From assembly GCF_023746595.1 (NCBI RefSeq), contig NZ_CP080572.1:985890-1017889 (forward strand): a stretch of DNA of 32,000 nucleotides. The letters are read 5' to 3'. Position 1 is the first letter of the stretch; every line of letters starts with the position of its first letter. Origin of the DNA: Thermococcus argininiproducens. GTDB taxonomy: Archaea > Methanobacteriota_B > Thermococci > Thermococcales > Thermococcaceae. The translations under genes were made by a program, and so were the position numbers. The notes under the pieces were generated by a model. That model ran no database searches. It was not told where the DNA came from and saw only the letters and a list, made by a program, of their open reading frames with translations. Below are positions 7,592 to 16,428 of the stretch, in pieces.

Positions 7592-8352
7592 TTCGTATGC
7601 CTTCATTTCCTCATATTTTTATTGGGATCGGGAACAATGGTAATAGAGTTGTCCAAAATATTGGAATAGAAGAAGTTCTAAAGTTCTCCATAAACCCCTC
7701 TTATTATTTATTGGGGAAATCCTCATTCAAGAAGAAAATCAGGAAGACCTTCTGGGACATTCCAGATAATGCAGTTCTATGGATTGTGTTAGAAAATAAG
7801 CCAATAAATATTGAGATATTAGAGATTATTCTTGATTATCTGCCTAAAAATCCATTAAAACTTGCGTACATCTTGACCCCTCAAAAAGAGCTGGTACATG
7901 AAAAGAAACCGTGGTGGGCCCAGGAATTCGATACAGTATTCTATGATTCTCTATGGGAATTCTTACATGATTACACAGATGTTTCACTAGAAACGGCCTT
8001 TCAAATGGCAGCAAAAAATATTGGACTTATGTTCACTAGGCTTCATTACTATCTTGAAAACCAAATGTTAGTAAATGTTGATTATGCTGACTTCTTTAAC
8101 ATAGTTAGGGGCAATAATGTAGGGATCCTACGGTTGCTAACTAAAGTTAACTTTGAGTGGCATTGGGGAATCTGGGATAAAGGCTTGATAAACATTCTTG
8201 TAGGAGAAAATGTTCCCTTAAGCGATGCACATAAAATACTTTATAATTTTCAGAATTTCCTGAAAGAAAAAGACATAATCTGGGGAATAAAAATGGAAGA
8301 GGGCTTAAACAGCCGCGTTGAGATACTTTCTCTCTTAGTTAAGAGGTGGTAG
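7588..8352 (+). CDS. Degenerate FtsZ/tubulin-fold protein (T3/T4 glycine loops apparently absent, T7-like NVDYAD retained)
   Basis: Segments match FtsZ in order: IFIGIGNNGNRVV vs VVGxGGxGxN; SINPSYYLL vs AINTDAQQL; LVNVDYADFFNIV vs LINVDFADVKAVM; DIIWGIKMEEGLNSRVEILSLLV vs TIIWGATIDENL..VRVLLVITG. Start is either the GTG at 7588 (GTGA overlap with the hps-phi stop) or the ATG at 7597. Confidence 0.6.
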   Translation: MIRMPSFPHIFIGIGNNGNRVVQNIGIEEVLKFSINPSYYLLGKSSFKKKIRKTFWDIPDNAVLWIVLENKPINIEILEIILDYLPKNPLKLAYILTPQKELVHEKKPWWAQEFDTVFYDSLWEFLHDYTDVSLETAFQMAAKNIGLMFTRLHYYLENQMLVNVDYADFFNIVRGNNVGILRLLTKVNFEWHWGIWDKGLINILVGENVPLSDAHKILYNFQNFLKEKDIIWGIKMEEGLNSRVEILSLLVKRW

Positions 8353-8353
8353 C

Positions 8354-9001
8354 ATGAGAGCTATCTTTTTTGACATAGATGGAACTCTCTTAACAGAAAA
8401 ACCTCTCATTATGCTATTTCTTCCACAGGTATATGATACACTCTCAAAAAAACTTGGAATATCCAAAGGTGACGCTCGACTAAAATTTCTTAGAGAAATC
8501 GCAGAAAGAAAAAATACTTACGAATGGCATGATTGGAATTTTTTCTTTAAGAGCTTTGGACTTGAGTTTAGGTATGAAGAGTTGATAAAGAGTTATCCCC
8601 ACAAAATTCAGGTGTTTCCGGATGTAATCCCAACTTTGGAGTGGTTAAAAGAAGAGGGATATAAGTTAGGGGTAATAACTAGTGGTCCAGAGTATCAGAA
8701 ATTGAAACTCAGGATAACAAAACTTGACATGTACTTCGATGTTATTGTAACAAGAGAAGATGTAAAAACTGTGAAGCCTGATCCTAGAATATTTTTATAT
8801 GGGTGTGAGAAGTTGGGAATAGAACCGAGAGAAGCTGTAATGATAGGAGATGACTTAAATCAGGATGTATATGGCCCTAGAAATGTTGGTATGATGGCTA
8901 TCTGGATAAATCGTGAAGGCATAGAGGATTATAATTTTGCTACCATTGAAATTAGGAGCCTTCATCAGCTTAGAAGTATACTGGGGGGATTTAGAAAATG
9001 A
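8354..9001 (+). CDS. HAD-superfamily hydrolase, subfamily IA
   Basis: HAD motifs I to IV are present: FFDIDGTL, VITSG, K(P)D and MIGDDLNQDV. The ATG comes 1 nt after the preceding stop, and GAGGTGG lies upstream. Confidence 0.85.
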   Translation: MRAIFFDIDGTLLTEKPLIMLFLPQVYDTLSKKLGISKGDARLKFLREIAERKNTYEWHDWNFFFKSFGLEFRYEELIKSYPHKIQVFPDVIPTLEWLKEEGYKLGVITSGPEYQKLKLRITKLDMYFDVIVTREDVKTVKPDPRIFLYGCEKLGIEPREAVMIGDDLNQDVYGPRNVGMMAIWINREGIEDYNFATIEIRSLHQLRSILGGFRK

Positions 9002-9177
9002 GGGAGATATTCAATAAGGAAGGGATTTTCATAAAATTTGAAGAAAAGCTAGTGAAACTGGAGAATGGGGATGAGTTGGTGCATAGGCAAGAACGTCCTA
9101 CTAATCTATGGTGGGAACTTAAAGAGGTCATAAAGGGAAAAAAGGTCAAAATAATTGTATATGAGCTTGGGGAATGA
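8998..9177 (+). CDS. Small 59-aa protein, not in the supplied ORF track (below its length cut-off)
   Basis: My own translation is MREIFNKEGIFIKFEEKLVKLENGDELVHRQERPTNLWWELKEVIKGKKVKIIVYELGE. The ATG (8998) overlaps the HAD stop as ATGA. Its TGA (9175-9177) lies 3 nt before the next ATG. A G-run at 8983-8988 could serve as the RBS, and the composition resembles the neighbouring genes. Confidence 0.6.
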   Translation: MREIFNKEGIFIKFEEKLVKLENGDELVHRQERPTNLWWELKEVIKGKKVKIIVYELGE

Positions 9178-9180
9178 AAG

Positions 9181-9990
9181 ATGATTGCACATCTAATCAA
9201 CACTGATATCTATGGAAGGGACATTTTGGAAGTTTATTTGGAATATCGAAAGCAAAACTTCAATTTTTTAGAGGATGCTAAAGATCTCTTTTTAAAAAAC
9301 CTAGATAATGTTCTCATTGTGACATGTTTTCCAATACCTCCAATGCAAATAGTAGAAACTGACGGTCCACCTGGTGCTTTGGCCCTATATAAGGCAATTG
9401 AAAAACTTGGAGGGAAGGCGGAGATATTAACGTGTGAAAAAATAAGAAGAGCCCTCAACGAGTTTAAAGTTAATTTTGCAGAGAATCCTTCAGTTGAAGA
9501 GTACTCTCTTTTGATAAGTGTTGAAACCCCTGGACGGGCAAAGGATGGAAGATATTATTCGATGAGTGCATTAGAAATTAAAATGCCGCCTTTTGATGAA
9601 TTATTTTTGAAAGCGAGAGAGCTTGGGATACCTACCATTGGAATTGGGGACGGAGGAAATGAGATAGGAATGGGAAATATTGCCGAACTCATTAAGAAGT
9701 ACATCAGGTTTGGAGAGAAAATAACTAGTATTATAGAAGTTGATGAATTAATACTTGCTGCAGTTTCCAATTGGGGTGCGTATGGGTTAATTGCTCAAGT
9801 TTCTCTTGAAGTTAAGGAGAATCTCTTGAAAAATTGGGATGAAAGAAGAGTTCTGGAGGCTCTAATTTCTGCAGGGGTTATAGATGGGGTTGTTAAAAAA
9901 CCTCAGCTTAGCGTTGATGGAATTCCACTTGAACTTCATAAGAATCTCATAACCTTGCTTAATTCGATAATAGAAAGTAGAATTGGGTGA
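9181..9990 (+). CDS. DUF4392 / D-glutamate-cyclase-like family protein (function unknown in archaea)
   Basis: VETDGPPGALAL and GIGDGGNEIGMGN match the motifs I associate with DUF4392. The gene itself is a clear 269-aa ORF in operon context. The family call is from memory only. Confidence 0.55.
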   Translation: MIAHLINTDIYGRDILEVYLEYRKQNFNFLEDAKDLFLKNLDNVLIVTCFPIPPMQIVETDGPPGALALYKAIEKLGGKAEILTCEKIRRALNEFKVNFAENPSVEEYSLLISVETPGRAKDGRYYSMSALEIKMPPFDELFLKARELGIPTIGIGDGGNEIGMGNIAELIKKYIRFGEKITSIIEVDELILAAVSNWGAYGLIAQVSLEVKENLLKNWDERRVLEALISAGVIDGVVKKPQLSVDGIPLELHKNLITLLNSIIESRIG

Positions 9991-9995
9991 GTACG

Positions 9996-10610
9996 ATGAA
10001 AATCGAGGAGTATATTCATAATAATGCTAGTTTGGAGCTTATACGAAAAGCAGAGCAATTTGCTAAAAATTTCTTTGAAAGAGAGGGGACTCATGGATTT
10101 TCTCATATTAAACGAGTTTTTAATCTTTGTTTACATTTAGGAAAGGATGAAGGGGCTGATCTTGAAGTTCTAGCTTTAGCAGCATTGCTTCATGATATTG
10201 CACGGCCTTTGGAAGACAAGGGAATTGTGGATGATCATGCAAAAGAAAGTGCAAAAATTGCCCGTCGCTTTTTGGGTTCTCTTGGATATCCCAAGATAGA
10301 GGAAGTAGTTCATGCAATCGAAGCTCACCGGTTCTCAAAACCTCCGGAACCAAAAACCATTGAGGCAAAAATACTAAGCGATGCGGATAAACTTGATGCC
10401 ATAGGTGCAATCGGAGTTGCAAGAGTATTCATGTATTCGGGAGAGCATGGGAGAGATATAGAATTCTCATTAAAGCACTTTGAAGAGAAAATATTGAAAC
10501 TTAAAGATTTGATGTATACCAAAAGTGCAAAGAAGCTTGCTAACGAAAGACATAAGTTCGTGGAGGAATTTATTAAAAGAATACAGAAGGAAATTGAAGG
10601 AGAGCTTTAG
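9996..10610 (+). CDS. HD-domain metal-dependent phosphohydrolase
   Basis: The HD motif is present: H..H (FSHIKRV), LLHDIARP, HAIEAH and SDADKLDAIG. Start is the ATG at 9996 or the GTG at 9987, which overlaps the upstream stop as GTGA. Confidence 0.85.
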   Translation: MKIEEYIHNNASLELIRKAEQFAKNFFEREGTHGFSHIKRVFNLCLHLGKDEGADLEVLALAALLHDIARPLEDKGIVDDHAKESAKIARRFLGSLGYPKIEEVVHAIEAHRFSKPPEPKTIEAKILSDADKLDAIGAIGVARVFMYSGEHGRDIEFSLKHFEEKILKLKDLMYTKSAKKLANERHKFVEEFIKRIQKEIEGEL

Positions 10611-10612
10611 GG

Positions 10613-10636
10613 TTTTTTGTGAGATACATCTTTTTT
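10613..10636 (+). terminator. Oligo-T terminator tracts after the hps-phi...HD operon
   Basis: TTTTTT occurs at 10613-10618 and again at 10631-10636, immediately after the HD gene stop. Confidence 0.45.
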
Positions 10637-10765
10637 GAGGTCTTGATTTTAGAGTGAACAGCTCACTTTTCAGTTCTTTTTGCGAGGGGATAAGGTTTTT
10701 AAATAACATCTACAAAAGAGTGTTAGCTTATGTTCATTTTTTGCAAATAACTGGGAGGTGAGCTA

Positions 10766-11275
10766 ATGAAAGCACCAATCTGTGAGGTGTGTCTTAAAAC
10801 GGAGGATATTTTATGCCCAGCAGATGAAAAGAAACTGCAAGAGGGGGTTATTTCTGAGATGGATGTTAGGATTTCAAGGATGCTTTACAAGCTCTTAGGA
10901 GACGTTGATGTAGAATTTAAAAAAGCAGTAGAGGCTGGTGACCTAGTAGTTATAATGGTAGGAGAGGGAAATGTCCCTCTTGTCATCGGGAAGGGTGGCA
11001 AAAATATCAAGCTCCTTATGAGGGAGCTTGGAAAGAGAGTGAGAGTAATTGAAGGGATGGAAATAAAGGGGACTGAAGACATCAAAAAGTTGGCAATAGA
11101 CTTATTATATCCTGCAAGTGTCTTTGGGGTTAATGTAGTGTATGCTCCAGCTGGACAGTACTACAAAGTCTTGATACTTAGAAGAGATAAGCAGAAGCTT
11201 CCTGAGAGGCAGGAAATTTTGGAAAATATATTATCTAAAATCGTTGGCTCTGATGTAAAGATCTCTTTTATCTGA
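10766..11275 (+). CDS. KH-domain RNA-binding protein (NusA-like) with an N-terminal Cys-rich segment
   Basis: The KH GxxG motif is LVIGKGGKNIKLL. The N-terminus is ICEVCLKTEDILCP. A strong RBS, GGGAGGTGA, precedes the ATG. Confidence 0.7.
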   Translation: MKAPICEVCLKTEDILCPADEKKLQEGVISEMDVRISRMLYKLLGDVDVEFKKAVEAGDLVVIMVGEGNVPLVIGKGGKNIKLLMRELGKRVRVIEGMEIKGTEDIKKLAIDLLYPASVFGVNVVYAPAGQYYKVLILRRDKQKLPERQEILENILSKIVGSDVKISFI

Positions 11276-11298
11276 TTCTATTTTTTGGAGGTTTAAGC

Positions 11299-12615
11299 AT
11301 GTATAGGACACACTATTCAAGTCAAATCACTGAAGAGTTGAATGGGAAAAAGGTAAGAATAGCCGGATGGGTACATGAAGTTAAGGATCTAGGTGGAATA
11401 AAGTTTCTATGGATACGAGACAGAGAGGGCATAACCCAAGTCGCTGCACCAAAAAAGAAAGTATCTGAAGAGCTATTTAAACTTATACCAAAGCTCAATA
11501 GTGAAGATGTAGTTTCGGTTGAAGGAGTTGTTAACTTCACTCCAAAAGCAAAATTGGGTTTTGAAATTATTCCTGAAAAAATTGAGATTCTGTCAAAAGC
11601 CGGGACACCACTCCCATTAGACCCAACTGGAAAGATTAAAGCTGAATTGGATACTAGGCTTGATAATCGTTTTATAGATCTAAGAAGGCCAGAAGTCATG
11701 GCAATATTCAAAATCCGTTCAAGTGTCTTTAGAGCAGTTAGAGACTTCTTTTATAAGGAAGGCTTTGTAGAAATTCACACTCCCAAAATAATAGCTACAG
11801 CTACAGAGGGTGGAACTGAACTCTTTCCTATGAAATATTTTGAGAAGGATGCTTTTTTGGCCCAGTCTCCGCAGCTTTACAAACAAATTATGATGGCTTC
11901 AGGGTTGGACAGAGTCTTTGAAATAGCCCCAATATTTAGAGCTGAGGAACACAATACTACTAGACACCTAAATGAGGCTTGGAGTATTGATGGAGAAATG
12001 GCGTTTATAGAGAACGAAGATGAAGTGATGCAGCTTCTTGAACGCCTCGTAGCATATGTAATTGGTTATGTGAGAGAGCATAATGAGAGGGAACTAAGAG
12101 CCCTTGATTTTGAACTTGAAGAACCAAAGCTTCCTTTCAGAAGGATTACTTATACTGAAGCTCTTGAAATCCTAAGAGAGTTAGGAAAAGACATTCCTTG
12201 GGGAGAAGATATAGACACTGAAGGGGAGAAACTTCTTGGTCGTTATATTAAAGAAGCCTATGATGAAGACCTCTATTTCATATATCAATATCCTAGTAGT
12301 GCCAAGCCTTTCTATATTATGAAATATGACAATAAGCCAGAGATCTCAAGATCATTCGACCTTGAGTATAGGGGGATAGAGATAACCTCTGGTGGTCAGA
12401 GAGAACACAGATATGATAAACTAAAGGCTCAAATAGCAGAAAAAGGGCTGAATGTGGAAAGCTTTGACTTTTACTTAAAAGCATTCCGTTATGGCATGCC
12501 GCCGCATGGAGGGTTTGGTCTCGGTGCTGAGAGATTGGTCAAGCAAATGCTTGACTTGGGCAATATCCGAGAAGTCATACTATTCCCAAGGGACAGAAAA
12601 AGGTTGGAACCATAA
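11299..12615 (+). CDS. aspS: Aspartate--tRNA ligase, archaeal type
   Basis: The protein is 438 aa. The N-terminal OB fold is [26 protein letters not shown]. Class II motifs are [14 protein letters not shown] and [10 protein letters not shown], with the QSPQLYKQ signature. Confidence 0.95.
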   Translation: MYRTHYSSQITEELNGKKVRIAGWVHEVKDLGGIKFLWIRDREGITQVAAPKKKVSEELFKLIPKLNSEDVVSVEGVVNFTPKAKLGFEIIPEKIEILSKAGTPLPLDPTGKIKAELDTRLDNRFIDLRRPEVMAIFKIRSSVFRAVRDFFYKEGFVEIHTPKIIATATEGGTELFPMKYFEKDAFLAQSPQLYKQIMMASGLDRVFEIAPIFRAEEHNTTRHLNEAWSIDGEMAFIENEDEVMQLLERLVAYVIGYVREHNERELRALDFELEEPKLPFRRITYTEALEILRELGKDIPWGEDIDTEGEKLLGRYIKEAYDEDLYFIYQYPSSAKPFYIMKYDNKPEISRSFDLEYRGIEITSGGQREHRYDKLKAQIAEKGLNVESFDFYLKAFRYGMPPHGGFGLGAERLVKQMLDLGNIREVILFPRDRKRLEP

Positions 12616-12676
12616 GAGCTTTATATTCTTTTACCTTTTTATGAATTTAGGAAACAAGTTGGTGGAGGAGAAAAAG

Positions 12677-14728
12677 ATGAAAAAATTGCCTCTGATTATG
12701 ATGGGGTTGCTGATTTTTTCACTTGTGCCTTATGTGGAATCAGCTAGTGTTGGAAAAGCTAGCATTGATCAAGTAATGCTCGGTTTGGGAGAATCAGTGA
12801 CTTTTGGTGATTATAAGATTCAATTTGCAGATGTAGATCAGGCATGGACTCAAGCACTAATAAAGGTTTATGCTAAAGATGGGAGTCCTGTCACGAGTAA
12901 AGTGCTCCCCACTGGGTACTCTCTTCCAGTACCCGATGCTCAAAATCCAATATTTTATGTCAGGGTTTCGTGGATATTAGCAAGCAATCAAAAAATTTTG
13001 ATATCCTTAGAATCAGATCTGGAGTTAGTCCAAGGGGATGTAAATATTACCAAAAATGGGGAGTATTCCCTGCCTTATAAGTTCAATGATGTAGTAATTC
13101 CAGCTATAAAAATAAAAGTGACCAACACTTATGACAATAAGGTAGATGTTCAAATTAAATTGCCTTATGAAACTGTAACTCAAACTATTTTTGAAGGAGA
13201 CTATTATGGCGTCGCTTACAAGTTAAATGGTGATTTTCAATACTCTCCGTACCTATATCTTTACCTCAAAAACGCAACTACAAGTTATGCAGTTTTTGAT
13301 GTGTATCTTCCAAAATATCCAACTACAGTTTTCCAATTGGGTGAAGGGGAGACTGGTGGTACTACGCCAAGTGCCCCAAGTGCAGAGCCGACTGAACTTG
13401 TTTATAATGACATAATGTACGAAGGGGAAAATCTCACAATAACTCTTAATGAGACTAGTTACACAGTGAAGCTTAATTCGGTTGGATATTATTCTAGCTT
13501 TTCCGTTTTTGAGCAAAACAACGAGATAGCAACATTTAGGGTGAAAGAGGGGAAAAGTTATCAGCTTTCAGAAGCACCACTTAGAATAGAAATTCCACTC
13601 CATAGTGTTGACTTGGAATACAATAGGGTTCAAGTAAAGATTTATGCTCCCCAAGGCTCAGAGGTTTCACCGATAATTAGAGAAGCAGAAATAAAAGCTG
13701 AGTTAAGTGTTAGTACAGAAAAACTTCTACTAAACGATGAATTAGTCCTCTTTGTTAATATTAGGAATCAAGGGCGAGGAAAGGCTTTTGATGTTAAGAT
13801 CGTTGTTCCAATTCCCACGGGGTTTGAACTTAAAAGTAGTAGAACATGGAATCTTAAAACACTTGAACCATTTACTGAGGTACCAGCATTATTTTACACC
13901 TTAAAGCCAATACAAGTTGGCACATATAAGATGGGACCAGCAAGTGTAACTTATTACAAAGAAGATGGGCAAGAGGAGAGTATAATTTCAAATACGATTG
14001 ATCAAGTTGTTGTTTACGCAATTCCAAAGCTTTCTGTAACAGGAGAGGCCTTCAACGGTACATGGAGCACTTATGTCCATACCCAAGAGAAAACCGTCAA
14101 ATTAAAATTCACGATCTCTGCAGAGGGTAAAGATCCGAAGTATGAGTTCATTAAAAATGCAACCCTGCAACTAGAGCTTCCTGATAGTATGGATGGAGAG
14201 ACAAAACTATACGTTGGTGATATTAAAGCTGGTGAAACAAAGACTCTTGAAAGTGATTATGCAATACTAAAAGCAGACAATGCCATAATAAATGCGAAAC
14301 TAGTTTATCAAGACCCTCTGGGGAATTGGCACGAGGAGAGCTTTGGAAATCTAGTTGTAGTAAACTCACTTCCACCAGCAATTGAGATTAAGGAAGTAAA
14401 GGTGTATCCCGCCCCAGATGAACTCCCATCCTATGTGAACAGAACTCTCGCCGAATTGGATAATGATAGTAAGGTCACGCTGGCAGAAGCTCTCCAGAAT
14501 ATTACCATTGCATACTTACCAGAAAAGGGTATCAGCTGGTGGCCAATCCTTACAGTTCTCTTCATTATAGTTTCAGCGGTTCTAGGATACAATTATGTTG
14601 ACTTGAAGTCAAAATATGATAAAGCTCTCAAAGAACTTGGAAGAAAGAAGAGGAGACCTGGAGGAATTCCAAAGAAAGAGGAAGCTCAAAAAACTGAAGA
14701 AATCCAGAGTAAAGAAGAACAACTTTGA
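12677..14728 (+). CDS. Predicted cell-surface glycoprotein: signal peptide, beta-sandwich (CARDB/DUF11-like) region, C-terminal TM anchor
   Basis: The ATG at 12677 follows GGTGGAGGAG. The signal peptide is MKKLPLIMMGLLIFSLVPYVESA. The CARDB/DUF11-like segment is LVLFVNIRNQGRGKAFDVKIVVPIPTGFEL. The C-terminal TM is WWPILTVLFIIVSAVLGYNYV, followed by a K/R/E tail. There are nine N-x-S/T sequons. The track start at 12491 lies inside aspS and is rejected. Confidence 0.8.
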   Translation: MKKLPLIMMGLLIFSLVPYVESASVGKASIDQVMLGLGESVTFGDYKIQFADVDQAWTQALIKVYAKDGSPVTSKVLPTGYSLPVPDAQNPIFYVRVSWILASNQKILISLESDLELVQGDVNITKNGEYSLPYKFNDVVIPAIKIKVTNTYDNKVDVQIKLPYETVTQTIFEGDYYGVAYKLNGDFQYSPYLYLYLKNATTSYAVFDVYLPKYPTTVFQLGEGETGGTTPSAPSAEPTELVYNDIMYEGENLTITLNETSYTVKLNSVGYYSSFSVFEQNNEIATFRVKEGKSYQLSEAPLRIEIPLHSVDLEYNRVQVKIYAPQGSEVSPIIREAEIKAELSVSTEKLLLNDELVLFVNIRNQGRGKAFDVKIVVPIPTGFELKSSRTWNLKTLEPFTEVPALFYTLKPIQVGTYKMGPASVTYYKEDGQEESIISNTIDQVVVYAIPKLSVTGEAFNGTWSTYVHTQEKTVKLKFTISAEGKDPKYEFIKNATLQLELPDSMDGETKLYVGDIKAGETKTLESDYAILKADNAIINAKLVYQDPLGNWHEESFGNLVVVNSLPPAIEIKEVKVYPAPDELPSYVNRTLAELDNDSKVTLAEALQNITIAYLPEKGISWWPILTVLFIIVSAVLGYNYVDLKSKYDKALKELGRKKRRPGGIPKKEEAQKTEEIQSKEEQL

Positions 14729-14783
14729 ACTCTTTTCTTAACTTTTATATACTCCTTTTTATTTGGTTCTCTTGGGATGTGAA

Positions 14784-15140
14784 ATGTTTAGGTATAAGCA
14801 AGTCGTAGTAGTTAGGAGCGACTTAAAACTCAGTAAGGGAAAGTTAGCAGTCCAAGTAGCTCATGGAGCAGTTACAGCAGCCTTTAAAGCGTATAAAGAG
14901 AAACCGGAGTGGTTTAAAGCATGGTTCCAAGAGGGCCAGAAAAAAGTCGTAGTAAAAGTAGATAGCGAAAGTGATCTATTTAAACTAAAAGCTGAAGCTG
15001 AGAAACTTGGGCTTCCAACAGCTCTAATAAGAGATGCAGGCTTAACAGAAATTCCTCCAGGCACGATAACATGCTTGGCAATTGGCCCTGGCCCTGAAGA
15101 ACTAGTTAATAAAGTCACTGGAGATTTAAAGCTTGTGTGA
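14784..15140 (+). CDS. pth: Peptidyl-tRNA hydrolase, archaeal Pth2 type
   Basis: [30 protein letters not shown]...[18 protein letters not shown] matches the Pth2 family. ATG at 14784. Confidence 0.92.
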   Translation: MFRYKQVVVVRSDLKLSKGKLAVQVAHGAVTAAFKAYKEKPEWFKAWFQEGQKKVVVKVDSESDLFKLKAEAEKLGLPTALIRDAGLTEIPPGTITCLAIGPGPEELVNKVTGDLKLV

Positions 15141-15150
15141 GTGGAAGAAA

Positions 15151-16416
15151 ATGGACTATAGAGAATTCTTTGCTCAATTCAAATATTTAAGTCCATTGGC
15201 AGGTATCGGTGGAAGAATCAAGTCTCGACCAGAGGATTTTGTAGTTAAAGAAGTTATTCCAAAGTCTGTGCATAGAGGGAACAAATGTTTGATTTACATC
15301 ATGAAAAAGCGGAATTGGGAAACAATGGCAGCTGTAAAGGAAATTGCCAAACGCAGCAGCATTGATTATAAAGCTATTGGATTCGCTGGGACTAAAGACA
15401 GACATGCTGTGACGTATCAGTATATTAGTATTTGTACAGAAAACCTAGAAGAGGTTAAAGAGCGTGTTGATGCTTTAGATATACAGGATATTTCTCTAAA
15501 GTTTGTAGGATTTGGAAAACCTCTAAAGCTTGGCATGCTCCTTGGGAATCATTTTCAAATAATTGTTAGGGATGTCAATCCTATCAAAGGACTAAATAGA
15601 ACACGTGAGATTCTAAAGGAATTGAAGTCTAAGGGAGGGTTCCCGAATTACTTTGGTTACCAGCGTTTTGGAGAGAGAAGAGTTATTAATCATGAAGTTG
15701 GGAAGCTTTTACTAAAAGGGAACTTTGAAGAGGCAGCTTTAAAGTTTTTGGGCGAGTATACTGGAGACATGATGGGCGATGAAGCTAGGAAGAATTTTTT
15801 AGAAACCAAAAATGTAGAAAAAGCTTTGGAAGAGTTTCCTAATTTTCTCCGGTATGAGCGCGCAATGCTTTACAAGTATAGAGAAACCAAAAGCTGGAAA
15901 AAAGCCTTTGCAGTTCTTCCAAGACCGATAGTACGGATATTCATTCATTCTTATCAGTCCTATTTGTTCAATAAAGTGTTATCCCGTAGAATAGAAGAGG
16001 ATTTGCCTCTTAATGAGGCTTTTGTGGGTGATATAGTCTGTCAAGTGAAAAAAGGTCTTCCACTTCGGAGTAAGACATTTAAGGTTACAAAGGGGTCATT
16101 AAGATTCGTTAATGAGAGGATTAGGCGAGGAGAGGCCATGGTAACTGGGCCAATTTTCGGTTTTGCCTCAAGACTTGCCGAGGGTCAGATGGGTAAGATA
16201 GAAAGGGAAATCTTGGAAGAGGAGGGAATAAGCATGGATGAATTCAAAATGAAACAGCTCTCAATTCTCGCAGAGGCTGGTGGTAGGAGAGAGCTTCTAA
16301 TCAAACCAAGAGAATTTAAGTACAGGAGCTTCGAACAAGGATTGGTATTTAGATTTTTCCTTCCTAAAGGGGTTTATGCTACAAGTGTTATGAGAGAGAT
16401 AATGAAAGATCATTAG
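15151..16416 (+). CDS. truD: tRNA pseudouridine(13) synthase TruD/Pus7 family
   Basis: The TruD catalytic motif [14 protein letters not shown] is present, with NYFGYQRFG downstream. The ATG at 15151 is preferred over the TTG at 15133. Confidence 0.9.
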   Translation: MDYREFFAQFKYLSPLAGIGGRIKSRPEDFVVKEVIPKSVHRGNKCLIYIMKKRNWETMAAVKEIAKRSSIDYKAIGFAGTKDRHAVTYQYISICTENLEEVKERVDALDIQDISLKFVGFGKPLKLGMLLGNHFQIIVRDVNPIKGLNRTREILKELKSKGGFPNYFGYQRFGERRVINHEVGKLLLKGNFEEAALKFLGEYTGDMMGDEARKNFLETKNVEKALEEFPNFLRYERAMLYKYRETKSWKKAFAVLPRPIVRIFIHSYQSYLFNKVLSRRIEEDLPLNEAFVGDIVCQVKKGLPLRSKTFKVTKGSLRFVNERIRRGEAMVTGPIFGFASRLAEGQMGKIEREILEEEGISMDEFKMKQLSILAEAGGRRELLIKPREFKYRSFEQGLVFRFFLPKGVYATSVMREIMKDH

Positions 16417-16428
16417 GGGGGAGATACC

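Noticed and set aside
8991-9203. A 70-aa minus-strand ORF listed in the track, lying between the HAD and DUF4392-like genes.
   Set aside because: It is a low-complexity S/F/L/T-rich peptide. The + strand carries a better-supported 59-codon ORF that is stop/start coupled to both neighbours.
10640-10665. A short inverted repeat, AGTGA-ACAGC-TCACT, after the HD gene.
   Set aside because: It has only 5 bp and sits within a T-rich terminator region. The oligo-T tracts suffice to explain termination.
12491-12676. An upstream extension of the surface-protein ORF into aspS (track start at 12491).
   Set aside because: The extension lies inside the conserved aspS C-terminus in another frame. A strong RBS (GGTGGAGGAG) and a canonical signal peptide begin at the ATG at 12677.
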